Source of the DNA: Psilocybe cubensis
Lineage: Eukaryota
Length of the DNA stretch: 64,000 bases
NCBI GenBank assembly: GCA_017499595.2
Contig: CM039002.1
Span: 2,294,001 to 2,358,000, forward strand
Direction of reading: 5' to 3'
Part shown: piece by piece, positions 24,720-37,100 of the stretch
Layout of the letters: every line of letters begins with the position of its first letter
Numbering within the stretch: the first letter of the stretch is position 1
The notes under the pieces: model-generated
What the model was told of the DNA's origin: nothing
Databases searched by the model: none
The model's input: only the letters and a program-made list of their open reading frames with translations
Position numbers and translations under genes: made by a program

Positions 24720-25480
24720 TATTTCTTTTACCTGTCTGTACGCCTCCACATGGGCGAAGTTGTGGTGTCGGGCGTGTTGTAGCTTCATCGAAATCCTACA
24801 TAGGATCTTTTGCTTTCGGGCCCATGAGAAGGGATTCAACCAACAAATGTCTTCCAAATTTGATCAGCAACACGTCTTGCGAATATGCACCGGCCTAGCT
24901 TCATCGCTTTCGGGCCCATGAGGATCAGGGATTCGACCAGCAAATGTCTTGCAAATTCGATCAGTAACACGTCTTGGGAATATGTGCCGGCCTAGCTTCA
25001 TGGAAATTCTACATAGGATCCTTGGCTTTCGGGCCCATGAGGAGGGATTCATCTGGCCAGCAAACGTCTTGCGAATATGCGCTGGCCTAGCTTCATCGAA
25101 ATCCTACATAGGAGTCGTTACTTTCACTTGTCTGTACGCTTCCACGTGGGCAAAGTTGTGGTGTCGGGCGTATGGGGAGAGATTCAACCAGCAATACGTT
25201 TGCCAGCATGCGCCGGCCTAGCTTCATCGAAATCCTACCTAGGATATATTGCTTTCGCCTGTCTGTACGCCTCCATGTGGGCGAAATTGGAGGGATTCAA
25301 CCAGCGACATATCGTGCCGGCCTAGCTTCATCGAAATCCTACATAGGATCTTTGCTTTCACCGTCTTCACGCCTCCACGTGGGCGAAGTTGTAGTGTCGG
25401 GCGTATGGAGGGATTCCCAGCAACATGTCTTGCGAATATGCGCTGGCATAACTTCATCAGAGGACAAACTGGCAAATACG
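24720..25480. repeat. Modular degenerate tandem repeat array (~6-7 units, ~95-130 bp)
   Basis: Recurring modules (CCT)AGCTTCATCGAAATCCTACATAGGA (near 24781, 24894, 24991, 25086, 25217, 25321), GGGATTCAACCAGCAA, CGTCTTGCGAATATG and GGGCGAAGTTGTGGTGTCGGGCGT. Confidence 0.85.
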
Positions 25481-27807
25481 TCTTGTGCCTGCCTATCGTT
25501 ATGGAAATCTTTCAAGAATTGTCACTATTTCCACTTACCTGCCAGCAGCCACTGTCTCGACAACGCAAACCCAAGGACTTCCGCCTGATCTAATGTGAGG
25601 GTCATGAGGTACTATGCCAATTTGTGGTTGAATGGGTTGAGGTGACCATTGCCTTCTTGACATGAAAAACTCGAAGCCTCAAATCTTGGACATAGCACGT
25701 TGCGATCACGATGCGTGAAAAGTTTGGGCTTGGTCATACTCAATAAATGTCCGTATTCGGTATCTGGCTCTCTACTCGTCAGACCTGACACCAAGGTCTT
25801 CTTGCTTGCTGTTAATTTTTGGGTGTTAACTCACAAGTTACTCCTTTTCCAGAGTTAAGTTACAACTAATGTCTATTCACCGTTTCATGGATTATCACAA
25901 AGTGGTCTGGTCGCAATAATATGACCGTTGACGCTACACATTAATTCTATCTGGATCGGTGAGCACAAAGCTTTGAATAAGCCACACTTTTCTCAAAGAT
26001 TCTTTGCTGTACCAGCTGGTGTATATATGTTTGTGACCATACTAGAATGGGTATGTCCTTGCATCTCCCTGCGCTTTGAGAAATACGGTCTTTTTTCCAC
26101 GGCTATGCTAATGGTTTTGGTTTCATTTCATTCTCTCCTCTGTTGGAAATATTTTGCGACCGCCTTGAAGCCATTTTTTTGAGTGGAAATATCAAATGCT
26201 CCCTGGTACCGCATTTATCGCTCGCGATTGACAGAGGCAACAGTCAGGCCCTGGGCAACTTGTCAGGTCGTCGGAGACGCGTTGAGTTTCGCTGCAGCGT
26301 TGGGCTATGTGTCAGTTCCAATCATCCTGCTCTCCGATCCGAGGTTAATCTCTTTACATTAGCCGCCAATCTCAGTTTTCCAGACGAGGATATGCTTTTC
26401 GACGCGGCACTCTACTCATCACTATGGCTCAGCAGGAACAGGTCCGTTGTATACACAAAGTCAATTTACTCTTTTCTCAATCTTCTCCCTAGCTTGATCC
26501 CGCCACAGAATTACCAGTGCGAGCTCACGCAGACACCCTTTGGGAAGTCGAGGTCAAGACAGCCGAACCTATTCGCAATACACAAGAAACTCCCTTGAAT
26601 AAAGCGATCGAAGCTGTCCTGCAAGTACAATTGTTGATGAAAGGCTTGTTGGACCTAATTATTTGCACATAGGGTGATGATGGATGCTTTCACGGCATAT
26701 CTTTGCCGTAGAAAGGAGACTTGAGTCGGATAAAACTCATAAGGCTCGCGTGTTTATCTTCGACTGTTTGAATTCACCGCCTGTCTGCTATCGTACAGCA
26801 TTGTTGCTAATGCGCGTCGGTGACTAATAGGAGGTTGGAAGATAGTCTTTTTTAATTGGCATAGCTTTGTTCAAGGATGTAGCACTAAAGTATATAGATA
26901 AATAGTAATAGTAACACTCTTTTGGGGATGGAATAAGGACGATCTGAGTGCTTGGCCAATTACTTGGCCACCAAAGTAGCTAAAATTAGTCCATTTTCGC
27001 TTCCGAGACGTCGTCGCGCATTTTGCCTCTCTTCCAGTGTTGTCGTGCGTGCGAACGGCTACCTCTGCCAGTTAATCGTTCTCAAAACGCTGTCTACGTA
27101 TCGATTTCCCTGCACGCGAAATTTGATTTTATGCCATTCCGAGAAGGCCAATGGGTCAACAGATCAAGTTTGGATCATTAAACAGACATCTCAAATTGAT
27201 ATGCTTTCGGACTCTGGGTTCTCCGAGCGACTATGGGGTTGACATTATTCACTTGTGGCTTGTTATATTTTTAGCTCCAGCGCGGGATTTTATTATCGAG
27301 GGTTGTTGAAGATACTCATCCTTCGGTTCCTACTCTGCTAGCATGACTTTTGCATAAAGAACTTCGGAGGCTTTAAACCTCATAGATCTACAAGCAACCA
27401 TGGAGCCAACCGCCGCTTCCGACCATTTCAATGGGCTTAGCGCAATGTTGAAGCCCAGATTCAGGACTCATAACTGTCAATTAACATCCATATTTGCAGT
27501 CATAAAATATGGCAGTGTTAGAGTCACAGATAGTCACAAATCACTGTAGGGGTACTGCCACACTCACCACTTCAACATTGAACGAGGCTTGTATAAGCCA
27601 TTCTTTTTCAACAATTCATATCAAGGATTAGACGGATGGACGTATATTCATCTATTCACCTGATCTTGTCCAAGATCCTTCGCACTTACTCTGGTCCCCG
27701 CAAAGGAATCTGTATCGAATATCTAGCGATGTGACCCCAGGTTCCCTCCAGATTATTATAAAGTCGTGGATCGAACCTCCTTCTGATAGATCTCCACACT
27801 ATACTTC

Positions 27808-29485
27808 ATGAAGCCTTACCCACAAGACTTACCTCTTTCCTCGCGCCCCGCGTTTTGACAAATCACGCAATACCCGGTTATAGACATATGTTAGAGTCTT
27901 TCAAGTAACGAACGGCCTCTGGACTTACTCAGAATTCTTTTCTCTAGATTTTAACTTATGACTTTGCAAACGTAGATGTCATTGAGAACTTCCGGCTCCA
28001 ATCAAACACAGACCAGTCAGTTGGTCTATATCTTTCGTAGATCCGCTTTGAAATCGTTTATGACAGTGCAATCCCCTCGGACTCCGTAATGGACGAAGTC
28101 GAAAGCATCTCTCCGGATTCCCATCATAACGATAAGCGTGAATTTAAGGACAACGAGCGTCATCATCCCCATGCCAGAAACCATGTGAAGTCGAAACAAC
28201 AGCCCCTTCTTCAGGGCCAGTCGGAAGAGCAGGGAAAGCAAGGAGGGGACAGTAGCGATGAAGAAAAACGTGATCAGTACCGCGACCTGGACCAAAGGAA
28301 CCTATACCAACAGGACCGCAGCCAGGATCAGGATAGAGGGGTGCTAGCTTCGACACAGAAGCTCCATGAAGAGGAATGGATGATACAACTCGAGCAAGAT
28401 GAAATCTATCCTGACCGCGAGGAAAGGATTTCGTCCGAGGAAATGTCAGGGTTGGATAACCTTCAGGTGGAGTTGGAAAGGGCTGAACGTAGCAGAGAAG
28501 AAGTCGAGGAATCATTGAAACACCGAGAAACATACGAAAGCTCTTGCCAACAATTTGGCCAATCCCAAGCATGGTCCATCGTCGCGGAGACGTTTGGCCT
28601 GGGTCGCAACATTCCCAATTTTGTTTTAAACTGGTACTCGACCGATCTCGACGAAAAGCGCGAAAGTATTATGAAATTGATGAAACACTATTGTTCCAGC
28701 ACTCCAGAGCCAACGGTTCTTCAAGCTTTTGTTCAGGGTGTAACTGGGGTGCCAGGTGCAGAAGATGATGATTACCACGCGTTGTTGCAAAGACTCCCTT
28801 TAGTCACAGACTACTGGTGCTCGGCCACCCAAATGTATGACTGCTTGAGATATCTCGTCTCAGGGAAAGTTACACGGTACATTGAACTTTTCTATCTTTG
28901 CAATACTGGCCGCCTAACAACCTTCCTAGAGATGGCCCTCTGTCGGATGCAGGAACGACCGAGTCATTACAGGTCTCTTTCGGGGTAAGTACTCTTTGCT
29001 TCCATGTCGAATCCGATAGGCTGATCCACTATGTACAGGATGTCCTACCGTTGAGCACGTCCACGCAACAACGCTTGTTAGCTCGTAGGCGCTTAGTCAC
29101 CGCCTCTTTCCAATCTAAACACAAGAAAATCGGGTATCGCGTTGTTTTCAGTCATGGACCGCATCATATTCCCATCGCCCCATGGTTTTTACTTTCGAAA
29201 CCTAAGGCGGGCGATATCATCACCCATCGGGTTCCAGACGGTAGTTCAATCCACAATGCTCAGTTATAGATATATATGGGATTTGAACATGCATGGGTAG
29301 ATCAGACTGCGATCTACAGATTAAACGACACCCCTGTACTACATCCTTTACATCCTTCCCATTGCTTGAGTATTTCCGAAAATGGGGTGCCTATCTGGAT
29401 GTCCACTCGCACATGGTTCAATCGCCATCCGGACCCAATGTCAGATAGTCCTATTGAGGTCGCACATAACCTAAGACAGCAATAG
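27808..29485 (+). pseudogene. Pseudogene paralogue of gene Y (8623-9849), inverted orientation
   Basis: MKPYPQDLPLSSRPAF*QITQYPVID (TGA at 27856-27858 where the paralogue has R); ILTYDFAN vs ILTYDFAD; C-terminal ...GDIITHRVPDG...AQL*IY (TAG at 29267-29269 where the paralogue has W). Confidence 0.8.
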
Positions 29486-29615
29486 TAACTAATGCGTATG
29501 CTATTTATTGGTTGTACTTTAGAATAGCATAGTTTAACAAATCAACACTACAGCTATGTGAAATAACCGTGAGCATTCAAAAGCTACTTGGAAAAGGCAC
29601 AAAATAGCCGTTGCA

Positions 29616-30444
29616 CTAGATCTCACTACCTCCATTCCAATAACAAAATAACAGAGCTTTGGTTACAAGGGCATTGATTGGATTAGAGGCGTCCAGAGCC
29701 AGTTCTTTGGTAGCCAGGTGGTAAGCCTTTTCATAAAGGCCATGAGCGCGCCCCATAAGCATTCGATGAGCGTTCGTGACCTGACAATCCTCAGCCACAA
29801 TCGCAAGGCATTGAACAACATCCGCTTGTCTAACACATGCGACTTCAGTAGCATAAGTATCAAATGAGGAAAACGGACGTACGCTTTGATAAAAAAAGGA
29901 CCCAGATCTGAATGAAGGCCACTGAGAGACGTCTCAACAATTTGAAAAAGGTTCAATGCCTCCCGACAGAAATCATGGAACTTCCACATGACTAAAAAAT
30001 GCGTGGAGGAAGATATGGACGCAATAAAAGACCGGATAATTTGCATCACAGACTGATAAAAAACCCATGCTTGTCGTGAGGTGATCCTTTTGGGTACGTA
30101 TTGTCTTAGTACTTCTTTCACCGCTTCGAAGGATTCTGAGGTACACGCCTCCTGTGAGGCGACAGTAGCAAAATCACAGGTAAGACTCACCTTTGGAGCG
30201 ACCTTTACTCAACTCGAGATCGGCGCAAAACCATAGCTGTTGCCAGCGATCGAGAGAAGCGACGCTTGGAACCCGCAAGATTGGTCGCAGGAGCTGGGAG
30301 GTGCAGGGGTATGTAATTAGTGAGGGAGTTGTCAAGGCCTACTTGAAGATGAATATTTTTACGAGTATGAAGTAGAAATAGACTCACTCTGCCGCCAGAG
30401 GTGTCGATGACCACGAGGTTCTCTTCCATGTCCTTGGCTGACAT
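29616..30444 (-). CDS. Highly divergent, C-terminally short 14-3-3-like protein (copy 2)
   Basis: FCREALNLFQIVETSL...PFFIKA and AHGLYEKAYHLATKELALDASNPI resemble 14-3-3 helices (ICEDIL...VFYHKM; AYKAA..IA..EL...HPI); multi-exon. Confidence 0.45.
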
Positions 30445-31054
30445 TCAAGACCGCCTGGAGAATTAAAAATTTGAATATATGAGATGGGCAATTCTGTATT
30501 ATGAAAAGCGAACTTCCAGCGAGATATGTTGTTGGTATAAACGAAAGGGTGCAAAATAAGTTGCAGTTCCGGCAGGTTCAACAATAAAAGATACGCCACG
30601 TGATTCAGCTCTGCACTGAGAACGGTATAAAAAACACACATGACATATACTACACCTTCTGTCAACGGAGACTCACTCACCCCTGGCTGGAAATAATACG
30701 TTGTTCGGCATGACGTTCTGTGTGCGGATGTGGAAACACTGAACATTCAGATTGGGTTAAATAAACGACGAAAACCAATGATTTGGGTGCTTTCATGCAA
30801 AATGGCATCAACCATGTGCTAAAATGAAAAGTGGAATCTGTGGAGAAAAACAGTGGAATCAATGGTGGAATAGACCAAATCAGTCAGGAAATACCGTGGG
30901 CGCAAGCTGACTTCAAGTACAAACACGAAAATGTGCGGATGTAATCGAATTGTTGATATAAGCAAGACTTTGATAACGGTCAAAAGCAATGTTCGATTGA
31001 AATACCTAACAAAGCCAGGCTGAAACGTGTGCATACCGAGAAGAGGAGCGCTAG

Positions 31055-33920
31055 CGCAAGGGCCAGCGTTTGTTCGAGGATATGCCAGACGATCTCGACA
31101 TGTGCATAATGGACGATCTTTGCATGTGTGCATCGGGCCGAATATTGGACATGGCGTACGACCCTGAAAAAGGCGCATATAAGCGCTGGAAATGTGAAAG
31201 TTCAGGATTTACACCATATGAACGGTAACTAACTATAACATTGGATTCTGGCGAGATGAGGCTAACAAAACACAATCTTTCTGGCTGGTTTAGTGAACGG
31301 CAGAGCCTGGTAACCATAGATAATTAGATACTATATATGAAAGATCAAAGCCAATGACTTACATTAAACAAACCCAAATCACCCAGAGAGCTCTAAGACG
31401 ATATCCTGGAAGAATGATGACATGCGCCCGGGGAGAAAAAGGGCATGGAATGGGTGACACTGTTTACGGGAGAACTAGTATAAGGAGGGGAAAGCCTGAT
31501 GATAACTTGCGGTAAGTCAATGAAGATTCGATGTAGCGGGTTTCGTTGTAGTCGAGGAACATGGTTCAAAAGTAATCATGGAACAATGGGATTAGACAGG
31601 ATTTCTTCCTGCAAGTAGCCACCCTACGCCGGTTTGTCACCATAAATTGGGAGTGGGTGGGTTGTGAGGAACTGTGCTGGGGTTGTGACTGCAAGTAGCT
31701 GATTGCAAGTAGCGCGCCTAGAGCAACAGAGATAGAACCAAGAGTCAGAAAACCAACCAAAATGGGAGAGCGATTCCCAGCAGAGACACTGAGTCCACTC
31801 ACTCTGCCGTCTATGCTGAAGCCTGAAGTGGTCGGTGGAGAAGTGGAGGAGTGACTTTGATTTCGGGCACAAGAAGAGGCGGGTGGAAAGAGGTACGCTT
31901 GTAAGCAGTGACTAGCGGTTGTGCGTCAGTGATCCTAGGCGGCTAATGAGTAGACCAGAATTACATGGAAAAACTCTAGATATGTGCAGCCAAACATACC
32001 GAGGACGGTGGAACTTGTTGAGGTAGAAAGAGAAGACCGAAATTTTAGCTTGGGAATCAAGAAACATATGTAGTCGACGTTGAGAGGGACAAGGTTATTT
32101 TAATAGTCATAAAATGGATCCATACGTGGCGTATATAATATACAGAGAATAGCACAGTATCATGGAAGTGGCACATAGAACGCGAAAGGGAGACCTGTGA
32201 ATCATCACCTAACCCGGCATGTGATCAGTTCATGGTTGCATCCTTCCTTCAGTCCCTTATCCAGTTCATTTCTACCTCGCTTCGAACCGTCCTACTGCTG
32301 CTTCAGAGATCATCGATTAGCGTTTCGGATCCCCGCAAAGATTTATTTTACCAGCGCCCATCGCCTTTAAATTTGCAAACGACTTGGCAAGGAGCCGACA
32401 ATCTATCCACCGTTTTTCCAGCAATCCTTTCTTAAACAAAATACAACGATTAACCTACCGATTAGCCAGGTTCTTTGAGTTCGCACTTCCAATAGTTATT
32501 TGAAAGGCTGATGAAGGGGCACTTGGTGTAACGAGGGAGTTTTGGTGCGGCGAAATAATAGAAACCGTATTTGGTGAGTGTCAAGCTGTCGGTAATAGGC
32601 ATGCACATCTCACCAAATGAATCTTTCGACAGTGTGGCGTGCACCAGCTACCCAACCCCTCTTTGCTCGATGAATGCCCTTGGAGTTTTAGTGGGCGACT
32701 GCAGTCTGTCGACAGTACGAAACACGGGGGGGCCGCATTTTCTTCCAAGGTCAATACATTCAAATCCAGAAGCCGACCACCTGCATATGCAAAAATACAA
32801 CGCCTTGGTCCAAATAATTGCATTATGGAATCCCCTTATTCGACCAAGAATGAATAAAATCCCCGTCAAGGTTGCTGTGTAGAATGTGAATACAATGAGT
32901 CATTATAATAAACGCCAGCCAAAAAAGTCACTCACCTTGATTCAAATTTAAGGATAGGCGGCGATCTTTGGAAGGTTTTAAACAAGGCATACCCAACCGA
33001 AACCAAGCCAACTTGAATAAATGGCGAGTAGTATTCCAATATTAATGACATGCTCTGTACAAGCGGCAAGCATTCTAATGCCCTGACTTTATTTTCTCTT
33101 GCAGATGTCACATCGAATGAAGTCGGTCTCAAATAACGAACGCAGGATGATGGACCCACAATTTCGGACATTTTGCTTGCCCTTTGCGCCCAGATTTTAA
33201 CGAATGCCATCCCCAAGAGTGTATATAACATATGCAACGAATTCTCTCTTTTGCCTTTGTACATCTCCTCAAGTGAAGTGTTGCTCGGACTCTGCTGACC
33301 TCGTTCTATAGGTTGTTAGCGCATGGAAAACATAATAACACGCTCGATGTACCTGGTAGCTTGGCGCTTGTGACATTGTGAGTTTTTTCGATGTATGTGC
33401 TAAATGACATTGGAAACTGCTGACTAGATGGGCTACGTAGATGAGAATGGGTTAGGCGGGGCAAACAAGTTCGTCTGGAGGACCGATGAGATAACGAACT
33501 GGCATCTATGGTCCAATTAGTGGTAGGTTTCCATTCAGATCATCTTTCTTTTATCTTCTGCTCACCATTTCTGTAGTTACGTTAAACCAAACACATGTTG
33601 AAGCGGGGCAATGTGGGAGCCCAGAAGCAATGTTGCTGTCGGCGCTGGCAGCCTTGTCACCGACCGCAACGTGTTCATTCTCTTACCACCAGCTGAATTT
33701 TGCTTGCATCGCAGTATGAACCTAACCTATGGTATGTTTTCAGCAAGCCTTCCAAGCTTATAATTGATTTTTGACGTATCTCCTCTGTAAGCCGTGCTTC
33801 TTTCCGTACATTGTCTCGCTATTGCGACGGCGGTGTTTCGAACGGTTTGGAGTTATGCTTCTTTCTCCGCAGATGACTGCCTAGCTGTCGCTGCAGGTGT
33901 GGTTGAAGTCGTTCAATTGG
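31055..33920. repeat. Near-identical inverted duplication arm B' (partner 4214-7079); includes a 5' fragment of rhodopsin-domain gene 1 (ATG 33716) cut at 33920
   Basis: Reverse complement of 4214-7079; identity stops abruptly at both ends. Confidence 0.97.
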
Positions 33921-34138
33921 CGTAGTTGTTCTTAGTTTGTTAGTTTGTTCATTCAATGTCGCCAATCGCCACGCCCAGATCACGAAGCCTAAAGTTTGTC
34001 ACATCTGTTTGGTTTTCTCTTTTTACCATCATCTACTATCTGCCACGTCAATCTCATTTTTGTCGAATTGCTCAGCCATCCTCATCTCCATCCCTTGCTT
34101 CCTCCTCAATATTACTGTATATATATTTATACCGCGAC

Positions 34139-37100
34139 ATGATCAACCATGGTGTGTTGTATTTTTACTTCGAGTTATGTAATGCATTCGTTTCGTGTTC
34201 CAACGTTTTTTTTCTCAGCTGCGCTTTTTAGCCTCGTCCTACTTCATGTTTTTCTCGTCCTGGCCACTGTGGAAAGGCTTGTAGACCGACGCCTTCATAT
34301 CTGGGTCTGGTGGGATGACTTCCTGGCCCTTATTGTTGTGTTCTTGGGCCTGCCACTCGTCATACGGTCAACAATGTTTGGTGAGTAAATTATCAGTTTG
34401 TTCATCCCTTGCACACGGTCATCATGGCTAATTCTCATCTATGAATAGTGATCTACCAACGCCCTCCAGTTCCTTTGCAGTATCGTTTAGAATGGGGGTT
34501 GGCCTTCTTGATTATCTGGTCTGCAACTTGCATTGTCTACCCTTCGCCTGAGGAAGTCTAACCACCAAATTTATAGGTTCTCACAGGCCAGTCTCGTTAT
34601 GTCAGCCACCAGAGTTCAAAGGGACAATCGATATCGGGTCATCGGTGCATGGATCATGGTTGGCATCCTCGTGTTCTTGGGAATTCTTTTCGGCCTACTT
34701 GTAGGCGTGTACTGTGTGGTTCAAACAGCCTGTCCTACCAATACTACAGTTTGTCTTTGTGGTCCCCACCGCTTTGTTTTGATACCTGCTTTCCTTGGTG
34801 AGTTACGCCTACATCAGATTTCGGGGTCGTCCATTTCTCACATGACCGTTGATTTACAGCCGAAGTTCTTGTCAATGTTCTTTCATGGCACAGGAACTGG
34901 ACACTTATGGTGGAAGAAACAGGGCGTCCTTTTGCAAGCTTGTCCCTTCGCCTGCGCATTGCTGTGCTAGGACTTAATGGCAACATGCTCATCTTATTGT
35001 TTGATCTGACTTGGCTTTGTATTTATCTGACTGGGGTAGTCTCTCAGGACCCCATGCTAGCAGCGTATTTTACAAGTGGAATAGTGAGCCATTCTTTGCC
35101 TATTGCTATTGTTCCATAACCATCTCTCTGACCCTTTTCATAACCCTTCAGGCTATTGTATCCATATTTGCGATAAATGTGTCTCCTGTCATTGGGATTA
35201 TTAGTCGCCTTACTCGCGGTGCTACTAGAGTCAGAGATCCACCGGCAGAAGCTGTCAGGGCAACACTATAATCAGTGTGACAAGGCCACCAACAAAGATT
35301 AAGCAAGAGAGAGAGAGAGAGAGCAGAGAGAGAGTAAGAGAGCAAAGAGAGAATAAGAGAGTGAGAGAGATTCAATGGTTCTAAGAGATCACACCAATGA
35401 TAGTGGATATCCTAAGAGATTGAAGCTGAAGCTACAGCTACCTACAAGTCCAGTATTTATACTCTACAGCTATTCTAGAATATTCCCTACATTACATCAT
35501 AAAGGAAGGTTAAAGAATAAAAGTGACATCATATAGAAAAAGAATGAGTAAGACTAGGAATCATATAGAATTTACTAGAAAGAAGTGGAACAAGAAGGCT
35601 GTGATGAAAGAAATAAACTATCTAATCAGATAATTGATAAGATAATGAAAGGATAAGATAATTCTGTGAAGATAAAGAGGGGAAACTGGAGAAACCCTGA
35701 CATCACCCCCTCTCTAAGGCACATTTTCCACAATGTGCACATGGATGGGTTAGTTTAGAGGGTTTAAGAAGAGGAGGAGGTTCAGTAAAGTTAATAATAG
35801 GAGTGAAAGAAAGTCTATCAAAGGTCACAGCAGAAATCCTTCTAGGTGCTGAAGGATGTTTGGCATGGAAGTCCTTGATAGCCTTAGAAGCGTTTTTCAA
35901 ATGCTCTGCAGGCTCCCAAGTGCATTCTTCATTAGGATAGTTCTTCCACTTGACCAAATATTGAAGTTTGTTTCTAAAAAGTCTACTGTCCTTGATAAAT
36001 TCAACTTCCCACTCAGGATTTTCTCCTTGAATGACAGGAGGTGGTCTAGAAGGAGGCTTTCTTCCTACAATATCTGGATGATAAGGTAGAAGTTTAACCA
36101 CATTGAACACTGGATGGATTTTCATGGTAGATGGCAGCTTAAGCTCATAGGCATTAGGGCTAATAACTTTGGTAATTTTGTAAGGCCCATATCTTTTATC
36201 ATTCAATTTCTTGGAGGGCCTATCAGTTTTGAGGTCCTTGCCATCCAACCATACCAAATCCCCAACTTTGTACTGAGTTGGAGTACCTCTGTGTCTATTA
36301 TAGAATTTAGCCATATCATCAGCAGCTTTTCTAAGTGCAGACTCTGCTTCTTTCCTGGCTTCTTCCATATTTTTCACAAAGGTATCCACAGTGTCCATTT
36401 TACTATCTCTAAGGGGTTCAGTGCCCATTCTGGGATGTCTGCCATTATTGAGCATGAATGGTGTCTGCCTGGTTGAAGCCTGAACTCTATTGTTATAAGA
36501 GAATTCAGCTAGAGCTAACCATTCAACCCAATCATCTTGTCTATGGTTTATAAAGAGTCTAAGATACTGCTCAATTTCTTGGTTAACTCTTTCAGTCTGA
36601 CCATCAGTTTGGGGATGGTAGGCTGTAGATGAGGCTGTCTGGATACCAAGTATTGAGTTGAGTTCTTTCATAAACCTTGAGACAAACTGTGGACCTCTAT
36701 CACACAGAATTTTAATGGGTAAGCCATGGTGTTTCCAGACATAATCTCTGTATAGTCTGGCTGTCCCTTCAGAAGTGACTTCATCTGTAGTAGGGATAAT
36801 GTGGATCATTTTACTAAGTCTATCCACAACCACCATAATGGCATTATACCCTTGACATTCTGGTAACCCCATAATAAAGTCCACAGAGATGCATTGCCAG
36901 ACATCAGAGGGAATCTCAGTAGGAATTAAAAGACCAAGAGGTTTGGCTGGAAAGGTTTTGGTTCTGTTGCATCTATCACAACCTCTGGTATAGGCTGCAA
37001 TAAAATGTGACATTCCTGGCCACCAATAATTCCTAGAGACTAGCTCAATTGTCTTCCATTTCCCTGGATGTCCAGCAATGAAGGCATCATGGTGCAGTTC

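Noticed and set aside
24864-25593. Overlapping ORFs in the modular repeat
   Set aside because: Open in several frames with repeated peptides; no coding signal.
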